A DNA stretch of 64,000 bases, taken from Eledone cirrhosa (taxonomy: Eukaryota). Positions 1-11,933 of this stretch are shown one piece after another. Numbering within the stretch: position 1 is the first letter of the stretch; each line of letters begins with the position of its first letter. The stretch spans positions 44,702,001-44,766,000 of the forward strand of contig OZ024743.1 in NCBI GenBank assembly GCA_964016885.1. The letters run 5' to 3'. The notes beneath the pieces were generated by a model that was not told the origin of the DNA, did no database searches, and saw only the letters and a program-made list of their open reading frames with translations. The position numbers and the translations under genes are program-made.

Positions 1-354
1 GCTGATCAGCGATATGTCAAATAGTTCATGTGACAAATAAAACATATGGGAAATATTGCGAACATTTGTGGTGTAATAGCTTCTACGGTTATCCGACCGG
101 CAATAAATATATTTATTTCTGGCAGGGTATTATAATCATATTACTGACAATATCTGATTCTGAATGTATATGACTTAATATTATTTATAATAAAATATTA
201 CTTCTTATTATATATTCATAGGCGTACGAACATCTGTGCCATTAAAGAGATCCTTCCGCCACCACGTGTTTTCGAGTTCGGCCCCACCGAATGTCATTTC
301 AGTAAGGTTTTTCTACTATATATGCCATGAAATTTGATGCCGGAAAACTTGCAA

Positions 355-530
355 AGCGCGTGGCATGGTTGTTAGAGTATTGGACATACGATCATAATGA
401 CGTGGGTTCGATTCCTGGAACACTTGATTTCACGTTGCTTCAGTGCCAACAATAGTTGAGAGTAAAGGCTGAAATAGACTGCCATCCTGGCCAGAGGGAA
501 TCATAGTCGTTTAACCTGAGGAAACCGAGA
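355..530 (+). mobile_element. Degenerate tRNA-headed SINE
   Basis: A-box-like TGGCATGGTTGTTAG and B-box GGTTCGATTCC, followed by 'cacttgatttcacgttgc', which is shared with the copies at 4208-4335 and 6137-6253. Confidence 0.6.
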
Positions 531-769
531 AGCACCACTTACGTGGACTTCTCGAAATACGTTGGATTTTCTACTTGGATTTTCACCCCGAAACTCGATA
601 CCAACCCGGGGTCCTCCTGAAATTCCACCAGGAAATCTTTTGTATCATTGAAATTTTATTTGCTTCTTGCATTTAAATATTCCACGACTCTCTACCACTT
701 TTCCTCTACTACAATCTTCTTACACCACCTTTTTCTCACCCGTCTATTTTTCACTCCCACCCTAGTACC

Positions 770-960
770 TTCAATTCCAATTCCAACTCGCCCGTCCCCT
801 CAATCTATCTTATTTCTCATTCTTTCTTCTGATGAAGGACTAGCGAACGAAACGTTTAGACCCTTTTCCTGCTATATCAAGCGTTAACCTAATAAATGCC
901 TTCCATATACTGTACCGATTGTGTTGTTATTTCTGTTTACCTTTTACATACATATTTATA
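770..960 (+). repeat. Dispersed repeat end with degenerate minimal hammerhead (CTGATGA..GAAAC), abutting (TA)n/(TG)n
   Basis: Homologous to 54205-54360 and 57825-57980. CTGATGA at 829-835 and GAAACGTT at ~849; helix II is poorly paired. Confidence 0.5.
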
Positions 961-982
961 TATAATTATATATATATATATA

Positions 983-1014
<32 letters not shown>

Positions 1015-1099
1015 TTTGTGTGAGTGTGTGTTACTGTTTTTACATTTAGAGAAATATATATTGATCAAATGAATAGTAGTCTGTAAGATATAAGTACTG

Positions 1100-1415
1100 G
1101 ACTCGATGTGATCGACTCCATTCATTCCAGATGGTGACGAACATATTGGTTCTTTTGGTAGTATCGGCAAAGCATCAGACAATATGCTTTGTGGCATAGC
1201 TATACGGCTCTCTACGTTCGCGTCAGACAATATGCTTTGCGGCATAGCGTTACGGCCCTTTACGTTCTCAGTTCAAATCCTGCCGAGGTTAGTTTTGCTT
1301 TTCATCCTTACGGGCTCGAAAAAATAAAGTACCAGTAATGCACTAGGGTTGATTTCATTGACTTATCCTCCTCCCCAAAATTGCTGGTCTTGTGCCTAAA
1401 GTAGAAACAATTATC
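1100..1415 (+). mobile_element. tRNA-derived SINE (Octopus-type) with an internal ~48-bp duplication
   Basis: B-box GTTCAAATCC, then 'gccgaggttagttttgcttttcatcc...ataaagtaccag...ttgtgcctaaagtagaaacaattat', shared with 2005-2195, 2494-2660 and 4500-4615. 'tcagacaatatgctttg' occurs twice. Confidence 0.7.
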
Positions 1416-2004
1416 TATTGTTGTCATGCATTTTCATTTTCTGTTGACATATGTTTTACTTTTTTATATCATATTTCTTCTATTTTGATGTATGTAAGTC
1501 AAACGGAAAGACACACGTAAGTATGTTTATAATATGCATTTGTTGTTAATAGATTTGTAGATTCTAAAGATTTTTACGGTTCAATTAAAACGAATTTAAT
1601 GTAAATATAAACATTTATAGATAAATGCCATCTATCTGAAATGGTGGCAAGAAAGTTTATATTAAAGAAAATGGAAAATGTAAAACACAGAATAAAGTAA
1701 AGAATAGAAAATGACTACTTCAAATGAATGAACCTATATTGACGTTGTTCAAATGGTGTTCAAATATTTCCGGAAGGGAAGTATCTTCTGATTCCATTTA
1801 TTATGTGGAAAATTATAAAGACATTATATCTAATATATATTTACATCAATAGATTATTTTAAGACAAATTAGTCGTAAGAAACACTAATTTTTTAAACAT
1901 GAAATTATAAGTTAAGCTCTAGATTTCAATCACATACCAATCCTCTTGATTTAAAAAAAAATGCCAAAAAAAAACAAAGACAAAACAAAGATTAAGGTTA
2001 GTCT

Positions 2005-2195
2005 ATAATTGTTTCTACTTTTGGCACAAGGCCAGCAATTAATCAGTGCATTACTGGTACTTTATTTTATCGACCCCGTAAGGATGAAAGGCAAAGTTAA
2101 CCTCGGCGGAATTTGAACTCAGATCATACAGGGAGGTAACTCTATGCTTCAAAGCATGGCGTCCGACTCTCTACCGATACTGCCAATCCACCATG
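2005..2195 (-). mobile_element. tRNA-derived SINE, same family as 1100-1415
   Basis: Reverse complement contains GTTCAAATTCCGCCGAGGTTAACTTTGCCTTTCATCC...GATAAAATAAAGTACCAG. Confidence 0.7.
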
Positions 2196-2493
2196 GATGT
2201 TTATCTTAAACATTTACTACGCTGCTTCACCAGTTCTAACATATTCTTAAATCCACTAGATTCTATCCATATCTATTCTGTCTGAATGTTCTCTTAGCGT
2301 AACATGTGCTCCAAGCACTATTTAAGATGTGTTTACTCTACATTGATGATTTTTCGCTTGGACGACCCAATAGTCAAATACTTTTGCGTTCCAAACATTC
2401 GTGGCATTAATTCACTGTCTAATACAAGATGCCTGGAATCAGAATGTGCTGCTGTGATGGAATACATCCTAGAATGGAAATATAACTACAAAT

Positions 2494-2660
2494 AATTGTT
2501 TCTACTTTTGGCACAAGGCCAGCAATTAACCAGTGCATTACTGGTACTTTATTTTATCAACCTGGTACGATGAAAGGCAAAGTTAATCTCGGCGGGATTT
2601 GAACTCAGAATGGAAAGGGCCCGTAAGGATGAAAGGCAAAGTTAACCTCGGCGGGATTAG
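2494..2660 (-). mobile_element. tRNA-derived SINE fragment with a partial internal duplication
   Basis: Near-identical to 2005-2120; 'gatgaaaggcaaagttaa..tcggcgggatt' is present twice. Confidence 0.65.
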
Positions 2661-4207
2661 AAATAATAAATGCTATTAACCATTGATAGTAACCTCACAA
2701 ATATAACGTACCTAAATCCACTGAAAGAGATATTTATTATTTTAGTTATTCGAATAGCGGGAATCTATTATGTATTAGATTTTAGAGTGATTTTTCAGGA
2801 TTTCACAAAACTTTTTATGCAAAAACAAAACAAACTATTAGAAGGAACAAAAACAGGAAATAAAGAGAAAGAAATTCAAGCAACGAAAGGAGGGGAGAGT
2901 GGGGGAGAAAAGATACGACACACCAGTCCAAGCACTGCCTCAGCCGCACACTAGGGACAAAGGGGCAAAAGCATACCCTGGAGAATGGCTAATGACACTC
3001 ATTGCAACAGCCACCCCACCTCAAGGAGTCCTTCCTCAAGCATGTCTCCGTCCTTCTGACTTTATCAATGCGGGAAACAAGGGCACCAGAGGTTTCAATG
3101 GAGAGAAGTACAAAGAGGAAGAGGCTGGTCCAACCCCGGTATTTAACTATCTCCCTCTCCTCTGCATTGCCGAAGCCACAAGGTTGGAGATATGGGTTAT
3201 GTATGAAGATAGCATATGTAAAGTGTACAATTAGGCCTAGTAATCAAGTATTACTGATATTTCTAATGTCTAGATAGCTAGTTATGACGACAAACTGTCA
3301 GATCCGTTAAGGTGTCGTTTTATAGGACTTAGTATCAATTGCAGCTCCGAGGTAAAATTCCACAGAGATCAACTACACCTTTCATGATTTCGTGGTCGAT
3401 AAATAAAGGGCAAATATAGTACTGGGTGTGATTGTACCTCTATTTATTTTGATCAATTTCTCTTGCTGTCTCTTTCCCAATTGCTCCCAGAAACTGGTCG
3501 TGTTCAGACCTGGAATAATATGGGTTTCAAAAAGATTAAACTGCCCTAGACCCGCTGTATGTCAGGACTACGCTTCTGCAAATCCATCCGGAAATAAGAG
3601 CCACTTTTTCCCACATAGCTGGTTACACTTAAAATGCAATATTGTAGTATACTATGTTTAGAATGAGCATGAGGAAAAGTTGGGAGTTATTGAAGAGAAG
3701 AGAAATAGAATGAGGCAAAGCTGGCTAAGAAAATGTTGGAAGTTTTTGTTTCCATGCTATATGTTCCTACTCTGTTACGTGTAAATATGTATGGTTTACT
3801 TTCCCGTCGAGAACGATGCATGAGTGAACAGTAACACTTGGTATCAAAATATAGGAGCTTCTGTAAGATATGTGAAAATCAAATTGACAAAGGTTAGGCA
3901 AATATGGCAAATCTGGATAACGTTAATACAATAATAAAGGAAAATTAATTCTAGAGACTAATGTATTACATTTTAACCCCTGTGTTGCTGAGCTTGTGTT
4001 TCTGCTGTGTATAACAAAACTGGTTTGGGATCTGCAGAGAAGCGTGCAGTTCTGGTAGGCGTAGTCATTTTCCATTGGCAGTATGAAGCTGCCATTTCTT
4101 TAGAGAGAAGTAAGTTCATATGCTTCAATTTCGTTTTCTCGAAACTGAGTGTTTCGAAAGCTCTCATCACCGAGAGCTTGACTCTTGGGTGCTATGTGCT
4201 TCTGAGA

Positions 4208-4335
4208 GCGGGAGCGTGGTTTAAGGGTTAGAGCGTTTGGTGTACGATCATAAGGCCGTACGGTTGGATTCCTGGCGGCACGTTGTGTCATTGAGTAATA
4301 CTCTTTATTCATATTGATTCAATCCACTTAACTGA
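4208..4335 (+). mobile_element. Degenerate tRNA-headed SINE
   Basis: GCGTGGTTTAAGGGTTAGAGCG...GGTTGGATTCC...gttgtgtcattgagtaatactctttattc; same family as 355-530. Confidence 0.55.
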
Positions 4336-4667
4336 AAAATACGAAAAGAGCTTATGATTCTGAGGAATTTTCTGAGGAATTTTCAGTAACGTGATTCGAC
4401 GGGAGTATCATGATCAGCCTATAAAGTTTTCAGCCGACCCACGTATCTATAGTAAATCATAATGTGGTGATATGAAACCAGAAAATAGTCTACATATTAT
4501 ATCGAGGTTAAATTTACCTTTATGTTTCTGGGCAGCACAAATTAAAGTACTAGTTAATTTAATTTGTTCTTTCTCCTCAAATTGTTTGTCTTGAGTCTAA
4601 ATTAGAAACAGTTATTATGCAATTTTATATATATATATATATATATATAATAAACACTACAATATAA

Positions 4668-4741
4668 TTACCTCATTACCAGAGGTTTTCCGAATAAGAC
4701 GAATACAAGTAACGTCCCCACTCGTTCGTCGGACGAGGCAA
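4668..4741 (-). ncRNA. Type I hammerhead motif, CCGACGA core, degenerate; family of 10207/11287
   Basis: Reverse complement: ttgcctcgt-CCGACGA-acgagtg...tattcggaaaa-cctctggta-atgaggtaa. Lies between (TA)n tracts. Confidence 0.55.
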
Positions 4742-4784
4742 TTTAAAACATAGTGAAATATTTGAAAAATCTCCTCAAGAAAGG

Positions 4785-5085
<301 letters not shown>

Positions 5086-6136
5086 TATATACTCGACTGC
5101 TTCAACGCATTCAGAACATAAGCTGGCGAGATCTGCCTTTGAGGGAGATACATGCCGGCCTCCCATGCATATCTGTCGTTGTACGTAAAAGGAGAGTAAG
5201 ATTTTCTGGCCTCTGCCATCGTGCCACCTGTGAGGCTGTGTCCCCCATTAGAAACCACAAGCAGTGACTAATAACAGGGCGTGCAAGCTCCCCTACACCG
5301 ATGTCATCTACCACCTGACAAACTGCATATACTTAGACTTTGTACCCTCTTATTGAATCTAACCCTATAATTACCCACAGTAACCAATACTTATATCCCT
5401 CTCTCTTCCTTCATTCCTTTTCTCTTTTTTCGTTTTCTTCTTTTCTTCTCTCCCCTTTTTTGTTCTCTTTTCTTTTCTTCTTCTTTTTTCTCTTTTCTCT
5501 TTTTTATATATATTTATCTCTCTATCCCCCCCTCTCTCTCCCACTATAGACGATTTAATTCTCTTTAACTCTCTACACTGTAAATTGACGACATCAAGTC
5601 TACGAATCAAAACTGATCAAGGAATCCTTCCATCTTTAGCCCTCCCTCCATCCCCGTGTGTCCCTCTACTTCCTAATTCTTCTCCCCTTCCTCTCTATGT
5701 AAATACGATTCTACAAGTAATATATTCATTATTTTGGAAATTTGGAGGTGAATAACAGTTATTATCGAGTGGCTGCTATTATCGAGTATAGCGATATAAG
5801 GTTGCGCTTACCAATGAAACGATCGTAAATACCTGGATAAAATCCTTATTTTTAATGCTTACCTCTGTTTTCTCTTTTATTCTTTATACTCAAAGATTGA
5901 ACGTGATTTACTGACCACATTCTTGCAAACTTGTGGAGTTACCCCTAACCGTACGTAGGAAACCGTCCAAGAAACTGGTTATCTTAACCACAAACTGGAT
6001 TACAGTAAGCAATTTTCTGCTTCCCTATATATATATAAAGGAACGATCGACTTTCGTCAAATCAGACCGAGCGAACAATGGTTCCGTTGGTCTTTTCAAT
6101 TGCTAATACTATCTATCGGTCGCAACTCCAGGTAGA

Positions 6137-6253
6137 AGGAGCAACGTGAAATAAAGTGTCTTGCTCAAGAACATAACGCATCGCCTGGTCCAGGAATCGA
6201 ACTCACAACCTTACGATTGCGAATCCAATTCTCTAACCACTCAGCCACACGCC
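6137..6253 (-). mobile_element. tRNA-headed SINE 5' part, truncated by the (TA)n/PLE site
   Basis: Reverse complement: ggcgtgtggctgagtggttagag...gagttcgattcctggaccaggcgatgcgttatgttcttgagcaagacactttatttcacgttgctcc. Confidence 0.75.
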
Positions 6254-6254
6254 T

Positions 6255-6303
<49 letters not shown>

Positions 6304-6454
6304 CATTTATATATATATATATATATTGATTGGGTCTACTCCACCCCCTCCCCTCTTTCTCCTACTGGCAGGTTTAGCCACCATCTCCCCTACTAATTTG
6401 GAACCACAGAATTACTACTGATTTTTGACAATCACTTTGACCATATATGGAATT

Positions 6455-6548
6455 ACCCCTTGAGAAGATCGACTATTTAAATACCAGGATAAATGTTCAT
6501 TTAGTCCAGAATTAGCCGTCGAAACGGCTTGAGCTCAGCTGTCGGGGT
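6455..6548 (+). ncRNA. Type I hammerhead ribozyme with U3-A8 core, 5' pLTR copy
   Basis: acccc-TTGAGAA-ga(t)cgacta...tagccgtc-GAAA-cggc ttgagctca gct-GTC-ggggt. Helices I, II and III pair; helix II has one mismatch in this copy. Confidence 0.75.
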
Positions 6549-6733
6549 CTTACTGGTTCCTATTACCCACTCTACTACCTCAAGTATCGAGTACTTTGGT
6601 GCGTTATGGTCCCCCTGGTTCCTTACCACATTTCCTTCGTTATCTAGCTCCTACTCCCGTAGTAGAGCACTTTCCGACCCTACCACGCCGTATCCAGACT
6701 TTTCCGCTATGCTCAATTCATTTCACCCGCACC

Positions 6734-8902
6734 ATGCGAAAACACAACATTGACTTCTCTACCAAGAACATCCCAATCCCACCGAAAAAACTTTACCTTC
6801 GGATGCTCACGCAAAAAATCGATCTATTTGCGAAAAGACTTAGATGGAGAACTTTTTTCTATGACAGATATTGCGACAACCAAGACTTCGGCACCAAGGA
6901 GAGATTCGGATTTATTACCTACAAATCTCCGCCCCTGAACCCCTTGCTCGCACCCTTCGAGAATGACCTCTTCCAACTGGTCAAGAACATTAAATTTAAA
7001 CCCAGACACAACCGATTCCTACAAAAACTCCGTAGAAACTTAACAGAGTATGATAACACAAATGACATCATGGTGCATTCGGATAAAACTGGGAACCTAT
7101 ACTTTGTCAACCCTGACAGATACCACACACTGATCAGGAGCAGCCTAAACTCCACCTATAAAAAGGCCAACCACTCTTGCATCGAGGACATAAATCGAGA
7201 TGGACAACAAATCACCTCCAGCCTCGGGGTCGCCGACCGCACGGAACCTCTAGACCCACGGACACCATACTGCACACTGAAGGACCATAAATCCGATTTT
7301 GACCGTAAACCCTCTATCAGGCTTATTAACCCAACGAAGTCCGACATAGGGAGAATCAGCAAAAAAATCCTAGACCGCGTGATACCAAAAGTCAAGCAAC
7401 ACACCCGACTTAGCCTATGGATCAACACCCAGGAAGTAATCTCCTGGTTCAGCAATATGGAGGATAAAAGAGAAACTAAATTCATACAGTTCGACATAGA
7501 GAGCTACTATGCTTCAATCACCTTACCGCTACTTACTGCCGCCTTGGACTTCGCCGAAACACTTGTGCCCATCACCGACCAGGAAAGAAAAATCATCCTC
7601 CACGCCAGGAAGACAGTCTTACTCTTTGACGACTCTAAATGGATAAAAAGAGCTCTCGACTCACCCTTCGACGTCAGCATGGGCGCCACGGATTCGGCGG
7701 AGGTCACAGATCTTATAGGAATATTCCTAATAGCCAAACTCACTGATATGTTTCCTGCATTCGGTGGTGGATTGTACCGTGATGATGGGCTCCTTACCCT
7801 TAAAGGGTACAACCCCAGTAGTACAGATCGGGTCCGGAAACAATTAATCAGATTCTTCCGCGACTTGGGATTTAAAATAACCCTACAAACGTCCCTGACT
7901 CGAGTAAACTTCCTGGACGTGACCCTCGACCTCGAAAACGACCTGTACTACCCATACAGGAAACCTAATGACAATCTGCACTACATCCACCGCCGATCAA
8001 ACCATCCTAGCAACATCACAAACAACCTGGTCAAAAACATCTCCCACCGCATATCCCGTTTGTCAGTTAATGAGCGGATATTCCATGAACATGCGCCTTA
8101 TTACAACCAGGCCCTCAAGCGGAGTGGTTTCCGGGAGGAAATATCCTACTGTCCAGCTCCCATTAGCGGAACCAGCAGGAGACACCGCCGCTCACGCAAT
8201 GTAACATGGTTCAATCCTCCCCACAACGCAGAGGTGACAACTCCCATCGGGAAACTATTCTTTAGGCTCATTGAAAAACACTTCCCATTACAACACCGCT
8301 ACCACAACATAATTAACAAAAATACCATCAAACTCTCTTACAGCACTACACCAAACTTCGCACAAAACATCGTCTCCTCTAACAACAAAAAACTCAACCC
8401 CGATGGCAGAAATAACCTAAATAGCAGTGGAGAACCGACCAGGAGGTGTAACTGCCCAGATAGATCTATTTGCCCACTCGACAATAGATGCAGAGACCGT
8501 AATGTGATCTACCAGTGCAACGTGAGGACGGATACCTCCAACAAAGCCTATATAGGACTTACCGCATGTGACTTCAAGACCCGGCTATACCAACATAGAC
8601 ATACCTTCCGAAACCCGGCCCGGCGTCACGCCACTACACTTTCGGGCCACATATGGGACCTCAAGGACAACAACATCACCTATGATCTCACTTGGAGATT
8701 ACTGTCCAGAGCCAATTCTTACACGGGAGGATGCCGTCCGTGCAATTTATGCTCGGAGGAAACTTTACAAATGCTGTTTTCGACGGACCAACTCCTAAAC
8801 AAGAAAGATGAACTGGTCACTGCATGTAAACATAGATTGCGTAGGACTTACCTCGCCCTCAAACCCCATAATGACCCGGGGGGGGGGGGGGGGGTAGACT
8901 AG
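6734..8902 (+). CDS. PLE reverse transcriptase-GIY-YIG endonuclease (722 aa from the ATG at 6734)
   Basis: Uninterrupted ORF. RT motifs DKTGN, IRLINPTKS, FDIESYY, SMGA, LYRDDG, FLDV, YRKP. Linker CNCx5CPLx3C typical of Naiad. GIY-YIG: VIYQC...YIGLT...FKTRLYQH...CNLCSEE. Confidence 0.93.
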   Translation: MRKHNIDFSTKNIPIPPKKLYLRMLTQKIDLFAKRLRWRTFFYDRYCDNQDFGTKERFGFITYKSPPLNPLLAPFENDLFQLVKNIKFKPRHNRFLQKLRRNLTEYDNTNDIMVHSDKTGNLYFVNPDRYHTLIRSSLNSTYKKANHSCIEDINRDGQQITSSLGVADRTEPLDPRTPYCTLKDHKSDFDRKPSIRLINPTKSDIGRISKKILDRVIPKVKQHTRLSLWINTQEVISWFSNMEDKRETKFIQFDIESYYASITLPLLTAALDFAETLVPITDQERKIILHARKTVLLFDDSKWIKRALDSPFDVSMGATDSAEVTDLIGIFLIAKLTDMFPAFGGGLYRDDGLLTLKGYNPSSTDRVRKQLIRFFRDLGFKITLQTSLTRVNFLDVTLDLENDLYYPYRKPNDNLHYIHRRSNHPSNITNNLVKNISHRISRLSVNERIFHEHAPYYNQALKRSGFREEISYCPAPISGTSRRHRRSRNVTWFNPPHNAEVTTPIGKLFFRLIEKHFPLQHRYHNIINKNTIKLSYSTTPNFAQNIVSSNNKKLNPDGRNNLNSSGEPTRRCNCPDRSICPLDNRCRDRNVIYQCNVRTDTSNKAYIGLTACDFKTRLYQHRHTFRNPARRHATTLSGHIWDLKDNNITYDLTWRLLSRANSYTGGCRPCNLCSEETLQMLFSTDQLLNKKDELVTACKHRLRRTYLALKPHNDPGGGGGVD

Positions 8903-10004
8903 GGCTATAACACCCCACTTGCCGATTTTGCAATGGGTAACCCCTGCTTGCCAAGGAAGACGTAAGATCTTCTTTGTATTCTTTTATCGCTTCCTTTATT
9001 TCCTTCCCCCTCTCTCCTTAGTCCTTCTACCCCAGCTCTTCTCCTTTGTCGGCGTCTTTTCTCGCCCACCCGAGGCTGCCCTTTGTCCCCATGTAGCCTT
9101 AGTACCCCCACCACCCCCTCCCCTAGTCTATGATAGATTTGGCGGACTCCGCCCTTTATAGCAGTTGGCTTAGACCCCGGATACTTGCCCCCTTTTCCCG
9201 ACCGCTCCCACTATTCTCGGTGCCCTCTATATTTCTTAGTGGCACTTATGCCTTATTTTTTCGTTTCAGTATTTCTTGCTTCGCTTTTCTTCTGGGCGGG
9301 GTGGATTCTGAATTTATTTCTCCGTATTCTACCTTTATTTCGTACGAACTTTCATGTAGCTTGTTTTAGATCTTTTAGAGTTAGCATTAATATATATTTT
9401 TCTCGGGACTCAGAATTATTATCTCGTACAAGTTCACTTTGCTGCACTGGGTCGTTGCTTGCCCGGGATGGAAACCTTTATTATTTATTTCGTGGTAATC
9501 TCTTTAGTATTTTGGCCCCTTTTGTTGACCCGTCACCGTATCATTTACGTACTTATACCTCTTAAAAGGGTCCTTGCCTATACCGTCCCACCTAGTTCTT
9601 TTACTTATTTCGTTATTCCTTTATTTATTTATTTCTTTACTTCTTTCTTTCTTTCTTTATTTTATTCTAGCCTAACAATAGCCTGAGACCTAGGTCGTAG
9701 AATTTAATTTACTTTACTTTTTTCTTTACACTTATTTGCTTTTCTTCACTCTCAGTATTTTTTCTTTCCTATTTCTACCCCCCATTGTTCTACCTACCGT
9801 TCCGACTTCCTCCCCCTCCCCCTCCCCTGTATCTTATTTGACCTCATGCCCAGCTGTAGCTGGCACTACCAACGCTTGATTGGGTCTACTCCACCCCCTC
9901 CCCTCTTTCTCCTACTGGCAGGTTTAGCCACCATCTCCCCTACTAATTTGCAACCACAGAATTACTACTGATTTTTGACAATCACTTTGACCATATATGG
10001 AATT

Positions 10005-10098
10005 ACCCCTTGAGAAGATCGGCTATTTAAATACCAGGATAAATTTTCATTTAGTCCAGAATTAGCCGTCGAAACGGCTTGAGCTCAGCTGTCGGGGT
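10005..10098 (+). ncRNA. Type I hammerhead ribozyme with U3-A8 core, 3' pLTR copy
   Basis: As 6455-6548, but helix II cggcta/tagccg is perfectly paired. Confidence 0.78.
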
Positions 10099-10110
10099 CT
10101 TACTGGTTCC

Positions 10111-10195
<85 letters not shown>

Positions 10196-10206
10196 CAATA
10201 CAATAT

Positions 10207-10286
10207 TATTACCTCATTACCAGAGGTTTCCCGAATGAGGCCAATACGAAATAAGCGACTTCATTCGTTCGTCAGACGAGGCAATA
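10207..10286 (-). ncRNA. Type I hammerhead ribozyme (inverted copy of 11287-11366)
   Basis: Reverse complement has the same core and helices as the + copy. Confidence 0.78.
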
Positions 10287-11092
10287 TAAAACATGGGCAA
10301 ATACTTAGAAAAACACATCAAGGAAATCAAAAAAATATATAGATAAATGAAATAGAAATTGAAATATATAAAAATCTATCAAGAAAAATAGTTAGGTGTG
10401 TGTATGTGTATGTATATACGCTCATAGATGTGCATATATGTATATGTGCACGTGTAAATGTATGGTTAGAAAGTGTGCGTAATTATAAAAATTTAGGGCA
10501 AATGTATCTATATGTCTGTATTATGCAGACGGAAATGGTTACTTCGTAAAAATAAGAAAATAAAGTCGCGCGCATAAAAACGCCTGGACACTCGTACATT
10601 TAGATGCGGAAAGTAAGGAGATGAAGAGAGTATAATACATAAAAGAAAAGTATCTATTACGATATATTTATAAAAATATAGTAACGATAAATTAGAAAGA
10701 CAAGATAGAAAGAAAAAATTAAAGAAAACAAAAAGAAAAAAAAAAAAAAAAAAAAAGCGGGGGTACATACATACACAGACACGCGTGTCTCACAAAAGAA
10801 ATGTAAAAATAATTATGCTTATATACACACGCGCGCTTACACTTCCATACGTTCGATACGTACATACACACACACACACACACACATACTTATACTCGCG
10901 CATATAAACCTGTTTGCATGCCCATGTATGAAACTGGGTAAGTAACAAAAGAGGGAAGGGGGGGGGGGAAAGAAACAAAAAAATATAAAACCGAAATGTC
11001 AAAAACACGGATATAAAGACACTTACACATACGCATAATATACACACATGCACACACACAAACACCAGTACACACACGCATACATACACGTA

Positions 11093-11129
<37 letters not shown>

Positions 11130-11286
11130 GCACGCACGCGCGCGCACATACGTAGTCACTCATGTACATATATAAAAAAAGTATACACACATTAAGGCGT
11201 TCAGCCATATTGAAATGTGGATAAATAAATACAAATATAAAATTGTAAGATAGGCTGCGCAAAAATAAGTATTTGCCCATGTTTTA

Positions 11287-11366
11287 TATTGCCTCGTCTG
11301 ACGAACGAATGAAGTCGTTTATTTCGTATTCGCCTCATTCGGGAAACCTCTGGTAATGAGGTAATA
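11287..11366 (+). ncRNA. Type I hammerhead ribozyme, canonical core
   Basis: tattgcctcgt-CTGACGA-a cgaatga...tcattcg g-GAA-acc tct ggt-A-atgaggtaata. Long helix I, 7-bp helix II, GTA cleavage triplet. Confidence 0.82.
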
Positions 11367-11464
11367 ATATTGTATTGATTTTATACATTAAATTTTGCTC
11401 TGATACTGACATAGAGCACTCTTCATTTCTATGGCCTTTTCTGTTTCTAACTGAAATTTCAATA

Positions 11465-11497
<33 letters not shown>

Positions 11498-11583
11498 AAA
11501 GTTATATTTAAATTGTTGGGTTACAACTAGTAAATATTTATAACTGATATAAAAGCACTCGACAAATATTTGGAGTATATTAC

Positions 11584-11881
11584 AATATTAAATAAATGGA
11601 AACTATATTTATAAAACCATATTTATTTCATTATATATATTTCAGGGATATCATATTAACAATATGCTATGCCTTCCTCAGACAAAATACAATATAAACA
11701 GTTTTATAGATAAATAGATTCAAATACAAGTCGATGTTGTTACGGTATGTCGAATCTATTTATCTATAAAACTGTTTATATTGTATTTTGTCTGAGGAAG
11801 GCATAGCATATTGTTAATATGATATCCCTGAAATATATATAATGAAATAAATAAGGTTTTATAAATATAGTTTCCATTTAT

Positions 11882-11889
<8 letters not shown>
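11584..11889. repeat. Fold-back palindrome (138-bp arms, 30-bp spacer), HHR on each strand
   Basis: 11584-11721 vs 11752-11889, 1 mismatch seen. HHR on + at 11784-11849 and on - at 11624-11689. Confidence 0.88.
11784..11849 (+). ncRNA. Type I hammerhead ribozyme
   Basis: tattttgt-CTGAGGA-agg catagcatatt gtt aatatgatatc cct-GAAA-tatata-TA-atgaaata. Palindromic helix III, as in minimal/dimeric HHRs. Confidence 0.75.

Positions 11890-11930
<41 letters not shown>

Positions 11931-11933
<3 letters not shown>

Larger units (their letters stand above)
6326..10112 (+). mobile_element. Full-length Naiad-type Penelope-like retroelement (element 1) inserted in (TA)n
   Basis: 237-bp direct repeats (6326-6562, 9876-10112; 3 mismatches seen) bracket an RT+GIY-YIG ORF. 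(TA)n on both sides; HHR in each repeat. Confidence 0.92.
10191..11460. mobile_element. Non-coding PLE-type insert with ~116-bp inverted arms, each carrying an HHR
   Basis: 10191-10307 is the reverse complement of 11266-11381. Flanked by (TA)n. Confidence 0.75.

Noticed and set aside
355-420. tRNA genes at A/B-box motifs
   Set aside because: No complete cloverleaf; the boxes continue into shared SINE bodies.
6596-6733. GTG-initiated N-terminal extension of the element-1 ORF
   Set aside because: It overlaps pLTR-end sequence. Homology with element 2 starts at the ATG at 6734.
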